Source: an uncultured Actinomycetes bacterium (GTDB lineage: Bacteria; Actinomycetota; Actinomycetes; Nanopelagicales; Nanopelagicaceae). From it: a stretch of DNA of 62,392 nucleotides. Position 1 is the first letter of the stretch, and the number at the start of each line of letters is the position of its first letter. The notes beneath the pieces were generated by a model. It searched no databases, was not told where the DNA came from, and worked only from the letters and a program-made list of their open reading frames with translations. A program made the translations under genes and the position numbers. The DNA lies in contig CAJBLC010000052.1 in assembly GCA_903953805.1 (NCBI GenBank), positions 1-62,392 of the forward strand. The letters run 5' to 3'. Of this stretch, positions 57,397 through 62,392 are shown piece by piece.

Positions 57397-59346
57397 TTGA
57401 GCGTGTCAGACCTCACTGGAGAACTCATTGATGGTCGCTATCAATTACAGCGGCTGATCGCTGCCGGAGGTATGGCCTCAATCTATATTGGGATGGATAC
57501 TCGTCTCGATCGAAGCGTGGCAGTGAAGATCATGCACCCGCACCTGGCAAATGATGAAGAGTTCGTCAACCGATTCATTCGAGAAGCTAAGGCGGCAGCT
57601 GCGCTCTCTCATCCAAATATTGTTGCCATTCAAGATCAAGGCTGGAATGAGGGCGGAAGTCCTGCCGTTTTCATTGTGATGGAGTATGTGGACGGGTTTA
57701 CTTTGCGTGAACTCTTACACGAACAGGGACCGCTCTCAGCAACAGATCTCTTACGGTATATGACACCTATTGTCAGCGCTCTCGCTGAAGCGCATCGCCA
57801 TGGAATCGTTCATCGAGATATCAAGCCAGAGAATATTTTAATCTCTAAAGATGGTCGCGTAAAACTTGCAGATTTCGGATTAGCTCGAGGCGCTGAACTT
57901 GGTGCCACGATGACAGTGGAATCAAGTGTTGTTCTTGGCAGTGTCTCGTACTTATCCCCCGAGCAAGTGCAGCGAGGAATTTCTGATGAGCGGAGTGATA
58001 TCTACTCTGTTGGAGTCGTGCTCTTTGAGTTAATGACGGGCAGAAAACCTTATGAGGGCGAATCCCCCATTCAGATTGCTTATAAGCATGTCAATGAACG
58101 CATTCCTGCACCTTCGACAATTGTGTCTTCAATACCTCCAACTATTGATGCCATTATTTTCAAGGCGACCTCGCCTAACCCAGATCAACGTCAACGTAAT
58201 GCCGGAGTACTTCTCTCTGAGCTGCGGGCTGCTGCGATCGAGATTGATCCACTCAAGCGCCAATTGAGTCTTGAATTAGATATTCCTCTACCCCGAGAGA
58301 AGAAGCGAAGCCGTAAACCCCTCGGCGAAATTCGAATCGGCAACACCATCGTCAATAGAGAGCAGAGCGAGCCGCTTGCTTCATCAGCTGGGAAAGAAGC
58401 GGAGAAAACTGTGACCTTATCGAAGAAGAGCGAAACTACAGTTGAGGTTCGTCGCCGAAACTCTAAGCGGGTAATTCGGAATCGCTTTATTGCACTGGTC
58501 CTGGTCATCGCAGTTGCTACAGGTGGCGCTTGGTATCAATTCATTGGCTCCAAGATCTCAATTCCATCAATCGCGGGGTTAAGCCAAGACGATGCTAAGA
58601 ACACATTGACTCCCCTCGGCCTTCATCTCGCTATTGGCAGTAAATCATTTAGCGAAGATATTCCTGCTGGAAAGATCATTTCTTCTAATCCTGGCGGGGG
58701 TGGCCACCTCAGTAAAGGCGGAACAGTCTTCATCATCCTCTCCAAAGGCCCAGAACGCATTGCAGTCCCGTCAATTGCTGGAATGACTTCGGATGCAGCG
58801 TCGGCAGCCCTTCTCGGAGCTGGACTTAAAGTCGGTAATACAACACAGGATTACAGCTCAACGATTGCATCTGGCATGGTGATTGATGGTGATCCAGTAA
58901 CTGGCACTCCTGTCCGTAGAAACTCGATAGTGAATCTTGTGATTAGTAAGGGTATTCAAACACTCTCATTGAATTCGTACGTTGGCTTATCTGGAGACCA
59001 AGCAACAAATGAATTAACGACCGCCGGTTTCAAGGTCATCTCTACCTTCGGATACAGCGACACCGTTGCCGCCGGAAATGTGATCTCTCAAACCCCAAAT
59101 GGTGGAGCGGCCATCGCGGTCGGATCTCGAGTTTCGATTGTCGTTTCCCAAGGCTCATCGAGCGTCTATATTCCAAATGTCTATAGCCTTACCCAACGTG
59201 CTGCAACGACAGCCCTTGAGAACCTCCAACTTCACGTCAAGGTCAAGAAGATTGGAAGCAAGAAGATCAAGAGCGTCACCAATATCTCGCCAAAGGTAGG
59301 GACCAAGGTGAAGCGCGGTTCGACCGTAACCATCACGCTCGGTTGA
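57397..59346 (+). CDS. pknB: Ser/Thr protein kinase with four extracellular PASTA domains (PknB-like)
   Basis: 649 aa, TTG start. Contains VAVKIM, HRDIKPENIL and DFGLA, one TM helix (ALVLVIAVATGGAWY), then four ~65-aa PASTA repeats. Confidence 0.88.
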   Translation: MSVSDLTGELIDGRYQLQRLIAAGGMASIYIGMDTRLDRSVAVKIMHPHLANDEEFVNRFIREAKAAAALSHPNIVAIQDQGWNEGGSPAVFIVMEYVDGFTLRELLHEQGPLSATDLLRYMTPIVSALAEAHRHGIVHRDIKPENILISKDGRVKLADFGLARGAELGATMTVESSVVLGSVSYLSPEQVQRGISDERSDIYSVGVVLFELMTGRKPYEGESPIQIAYKHVNERIPAPSTIVSSIPPTIDAIIFKATSPNPDQRQRNAGVLLSELRAAAIEIDPLKRQLSLELDIPLPREKKRSRKPLGEIRIGNTIVNREQSEPLASSAGKEAEKTVTLSKKSETTVEVRRRNSKRVIRNRFIALVLVIAVATGGAWYQFIGSKISIPSIAGLSQDDAKNTLTPLGLHLAIGSKSFSEDIPAGKIISSNPGGGGHLSKGGTVFIILSKGPERIAVPSIAGMTSDAASAALLGAGLKVGNTTQDYSSTIASGMVIDGDPVTGTPVRRNSIVNLVISKGIQTLSLNSYVGLSGDQATNELTTAGFKVISTFGYSDTVAAGNVISQTPNGGAAIAVGSRVSIVVSQGSSSVYIPNVYSLTQRAATTALENLQLHVKVKKIGSKKIKSVTNISPKVGTKVKRGSTVTITLG

Positions 59347-59365
59347 CTTCCTATAGGGTGGCGCA

Positions 59366-60229
59366 ATGGCTACCCTCCCTCGCATTGGCGCTCATACTCC
59401 TACCTCGGGAGGTATGGCCAAACGCTCCATTGAGTACGCGTTAACGACCGGGGCTGAAGCAATCCAAGTATTTGCATCTAACCCTCGTGGCTGGGCTATG
59501 CCGGAGGCCAATTCTGAAGCTGATGCAAAATTTATTGAACGCACGAATGAACTCGATATCGAGAGTTATGTACACGCACCCTTTCTCATTAATTTAGGTT
59601 CCCCAACGGTCGGCACATATGAAAATTCCTTGGCATCTACGGCTTACTCGCTCAAGCGAGGACGCCAAATCGGCGCAAAGGGTGTCGTCATCCACACTGG
59701 TTCAGCTGTAGATGAGAAGCATCTCCCAACTGCTTGGAAGCAGATCCACGATGGCATGATGCCTGTTCTTAACGCCTTAAGTGATGAAGATCCGTGGTTG
59801 CTTCTCGAGCCGACTGCTGGCCAAGGTCAATCATTGGTGAAGAAACTTGAAGATCTCACTCAATACTTTGATGCCCTCGAATGGCACCCAAAGGTTGGTG
59901 TCTGCCTCGATACCTGCCACGTCTTTGCGGCAGGCCATGACATCGCTGTGAAAGGTGGAATGACCAAAACTCTCGATCTCCTCGTTGAGTTAGTTGGTAT
60001 TGAACGCATTCAACTTATTCATGCGAATGACTCTATGGATGTCTGTGGCGCTCTCAAAGACCGCCACCAAAATATTGGTCAAGGCGAAATAGGTGAGAAG
60101 CCATTTGCAGAACTCCTTGCTCATCCTGCAGTTGCAAATGCGCCACTTATTCTTGAGACACCAGGCATGGAACCTGAACACGGGGCTGAAATCGCTCTGC
60201 TCAAAAAGATGCGGGCGAAGATCAAATGA
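59366..60229 (+). CDS. nfo: deoxyribonuclease IV (endonuclease IV)
   Basis: 287 aa. Contains HAPFLINL, VIHTG, DTCH and HANDS. Confidence 0.92.
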   Translation: MATLPRIGAHTPTSGGMAKRSIEYALTTGAEAIQVFASNPRGWAMPEANSEADAKFIERTNELDIESYVHAPFLINLGSPTVGTYENSLASTAYSLKRGRQIGAKGVVIHTGSAVDEKHLPTAWKQIHDGMMPVLNALSDEDPWLLLEPTAGQGQSLVKKLEDLTQYFDALEWHPKVGVCLDTCHVFAAGHDIAVKGGMTKTLDLLVELVGIERIQLIHANDSMDVCGALKDRHQNIGQGEIGEKPFAELLAHPAVANAPLILETPGMEPEHGAEIALLKKMRAKIK

Positions 60230-61104
60230 CTGGTGGAAGAAATAAATATCTTGTCGTATCTCTCGTTTTAACTGTCGCAGCAATATGGGGTAGCGCATTT
60301 GTTGTTATGAAAGATACGCTCCATCGAATCAATGTCAGCTCCTTTCTCGGGTGGCGCTTTCTCATAGCAACCTGCGTCATGGCTGCTATCCGTCCCCAGG
60401 CGCTTAAACATATCCGCGGAAAATTTCTCGTAAAAGGCGTTGTAGTTGGCTCTCTCCTTGGTGGGGGCTACCTCTTCCAAACCTTTGGGCTTACTCAAAC
60501 GACAGTGGCGAAGACCGGATTTATCACTGGCCTCTATGCCATCTTTACTCCTCTGTTCGCCGCCGGACTCTTTAAGAAGCATGTCTCCAAAATCCAGTGG
60601 GCAGCTACGGCGCTCGCCTTTGCTGGGCTAGCAATGCTCTCTTTTAAAGGACTCTCCATCGGCGTTGGCGAATCACTCGTCCTTGTGAGTGCGATTCTCT
60701 TCGCTGGGCACATCATTGCATTGAGTGAGTGGAGCAATGGGATGGATACATATGCCCTAACGCTCATTCAGATGGCGATGGTGAGCGCGATTTCATTCCT
60801 TGGCGGATTCAAGCAAGGCATTGAAGCCCCACATGATTCAGGTGTGTGGCAGGCAATCTTGTACACGGCGATATTGGCCAGTGCATTCGCCTTTCTTGTC
60901 CAAACGTGGACGCAGTCTTTCATGACAGCAACCTCCATTGGCATCTTGCTGACCATGGAATATATCTTTGCCGCAATCTTCGGTGTCATATTTGGACATG
61001 AGACCCTTGCGCTTCGTACCTTGCTAGGTGGCTCTCTCGTAATTATTGCCATGGTTGTCATCATAAAGTCTGAAGAGTCGAAAGAGGTTGTAACGAGTGA
61101 TTGA
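60226..61104 (+). CDS. EamA/DMT-family transporter
   Basis: 292 aa, 10 TM helices, with two EamA-like halves. Confidence 0.8.
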   Translation: MTGGRNKYLVVSLVLTVAAIWGSAFVVMKDTLHRINVSSFLGWRFLIATCVMAAIRPQALKHIRGKFLVKGVVVGSLLGGGYLFQTFGLTQTTVAKTGFITGLYAIFTPLFAAGLFKKHVSKIQWAATALAFAGLAMLSFKGLSIGVGESLVLVSAILFAGHIIALSEWSNGMDTYALTLIQMAMVSAISFLGGFKQGIEAPHDSGVWQAILYTAILASAFAFLVQTWTQSFMTATSIGILLTMEYIFAAIFGVIFGHETLALRTLLGGSLVIIAMVVIIKSEESKEVVTSD

Positions 61105-62131
61105 TCTACGCTCCGATACCGTTACCCGCCCTACGCCAGCCATGCGAGAGGCGATGTTTGCAGCTGAAGTTGGTGATGATGTCTATGGTGACGATCTCAC
61201 CGTCAATAAACTTCAAGAGCGAGTCGCTGCCCTCTTCGGCAAAGAGGCAGCTCTCTTTACTCCCACAGGCTCCCTCTCCAACCAACTAGCAATTCGCTCG
61301 CTCGTTGCACCTGGAGAAGAACTACTTACTGAAACTCAATCTCATATCGTTCGCGCTGAACTCGGTGCTGGGGCAGTCTTTAGCGGCATTACAACGAGAA
61401 CGTGGCCAGCAAAGAATGGATTACTGCAAGCGGCTGATCCATTGGCAATCGCCTCTCCTGATGCCGGGCCCTATCTTGTCTCGACGAAGGCTATAGCCGT
61501 CGAAAATACGCATAACTTTGGCGGTGGAACAGTCCAGCCTATTAGCGAAATTGCCCTACTTCGTGACGAGTCTTCGAAACTTGGCTTATCTATGCATCTT
61601 GATGGTGCGCGTATTTGGAATGCACACGTTGCTTCAGGAGTCTCATTCAAGGAATATGGCTCACACTTCGACACAGTGAGTGTCTGTTTCTCAAAGGGAC
61701 TTGGCGCACCTGTTGGGTCGATGATGCTCGGAACTCATGAAGTTGTTGAGAACGCTCGTCGCTGGCGCAAGCGATATGGAGCGGGCATGCGGCAGATTGG
61801 CATCTTGGCTGCAGCCGTCGATTATGCGCTCGACCATAACATTGAACGCCTCGCGCAAGACCATCAACGCGCACGAACAATTGCTGAGGCGCTTTCTCGA
61901 ATCTCTGATGCTTTTATTGATCCATCATCAGTTCAGACAAATATCGTTGCGATTGATGTATCGCATACAAGTACTTCTGCTGGTCAATTAGTTTCAACGT
62001 TAAAAGATCACGGAATCCTTGCAGGAGCGATGGGCTCAAAATTGCTCCGCTTCGTAACTCATATGGATTTCACTGATAAGGAGTTAGAACAAGTCTTGGA
62101 GATTCTGCCAAAGGCGCTAGGAAAACTCTAA
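61097..62131 (+). CDS. ltaE: low-specificity L-threonine aldolase
   Basis: 344 aa. Contains [22 protein letters not shown] and [12 protein letters not shown] (PLP lysine). Confidence 0.9.
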   Translation: MIDLRSDTVTRPTPAMREAMFAAEVGDDVYGDDLTVNKLQERVAALFGKEAALFTPTGSLSNQLAIRSLVAPGEELLTETQSHIVRAELGAGAVFSGITTRTWPAKNGLLQAADPLAIASPDAGPYLVSTKAIAVENTHNFGGGTVQPISEIALLRDESSKLGLSMHLDGARIWNAHVASGVSFKEYGSHFDTVSVCFSKGLGAPVGSMMLGTHEVVENARRWRKRYGAGMRQIGILAAAVDYALDHNIERLAQDHQRARTIAEALSRISDAFIDPSSVQTNIVAIDVSHTSTSAGQLVSTLKDHGILAGAMGSKLLRFVTHMDFTDKELEQVLEILPKALGKL

Positions 62132-62392
62132 ATTGCGCTTTCGTGACGCAATAAGAACTCTTTAACCTCAACCCCATAGCCGTAATTTCCAATTGCTCCG
62201 CCGCTTTTAACGACTCTGTGGCATGGGATGATCGGCGCAATAAGATTTTTACCGCAGGCAGTTCCTACCGCTCGAACTGCGGCAGGTGATCCAATCTTCT
62301 TCGCTAAATCTGAGTAACTCCAGGTCTTTCCGGCGGGGATTTTCCGCATCGCCTTCCAAACGCTCTGAGAAAATTCAGATCCAGGCTGGCGT
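62128..62392 (-). CDS. ogt: methylated-DNA--protein-cysteine methyltransferase, C-terminal part (gene runs off the right edge)
   Basis: Contains IPCHRVV, the active site. The frame stays open upstream of the ORF-track Met to position 62392 (..[27 protein letters not shown]..). Confidence 0.88.
   Translation of the reverse strand, partial: RQPGSEFSQSVWKAMRKIPAGKTWSYSDLAKKIGSPAAVRAVGTACGKNLIAPIIPCHRVVKSGGAIGNYGYGVEVKEFLLRHESAI

Noticed and set aside
1-62392. A search by eye for CRISPR arrays, transposases or integrases, prophage genes, toxin-antitoxin pairs, restriction-modification or other defence systems, tRNA and rRNA genes.
   Set aside because: None was found. Every ORF of 60 aa or more that is not listed as a feature lies antisense to, or out of frame within, a well-supported gene (examples: 456-965, 1282-1743, 14140-14535, 23951-24409, 43073-43339, 53932-54345). 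The few real intergenic gaps are too short or lack the conserved tRNA arms.

Overview
The window reads as a very compact chromosomal segment, about 48-50% GC with almost no intergenic DNA, from an actinobacterium. Gene order matches the Streptomyces/Mycobacterium backbone. My guess of a genome-streamlined freshwater lineage such as acI/Nanopelagicales or a Luna-type Microbacteriaceae is inference only.

Left to right the window holds:
- a partial trpE and the his operon (hisD-C-B-H-A-F-I, minus strand);
- dnaE, rluD, lspA, and a DksA/TraR zinc-finger protein with a Lys/Ala/Pro-repeat tail;
- ileS;
- the complete dcw/cell-division cluster: mraZ-rsmH-ftsL-ftsI-murE-murF-mraY-murD-ftsW-murG-murC-ftsQ-ftsZ-pgeF-yggS-sepF-yggT;
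- an accessory-looking stretch (about 32.4-57.4 kb);
- a 4-PASTA Ser/Thr kinase, nfo, an EamA transporter, ltaE and a partial ogt.

The accessory stretch contains:
- a DrrABC-like ABC exporter and a DUF3040 protein;
- a DNA-damage-inducible operon (121-aa unknown protein, then DnaE2, then a catalytically intact Pol IV);
- a TauE-type exporter;
- an orphan split cytochrome b operon;
- a LuxR solo regulator;
- a scattered carotenoid pathway: crtE, crtB, crtI, crtYc/Yd, a CrtD/CrtO-like enzyme, CruF-like, GT2, CrtA-like;
- metF, a CDP-alcohol phosphatidyltransferase, and apt with a purine permease;
- a PnuC-family transporter and a P-loop kinase behind what looks like a TPP riboswitch.

I found no rRNA, tRNA, CRISPR array, transposase or integrase.

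The most interesting signals are:
- a mismatch-free LexA box merged with a RecA-NDp (PafBC-type) promoter, lying on the start codon of the non-canonical dnaE2 operon;
- the Rieske-less and cytochrome-c-less split cytochrome b trio;
- the TPP-riboswitch-like leader of the PnuC homologue;
- a 10-bp-phased AAAGTGG array upstream of mraZ;
- the absence of divIVA from its conserved slot;
- two essential-looking genes (lspA, apt) with no canonical start codon.

All functional calls come from reading the translated ORFs and motifs by eye. No database search was run.
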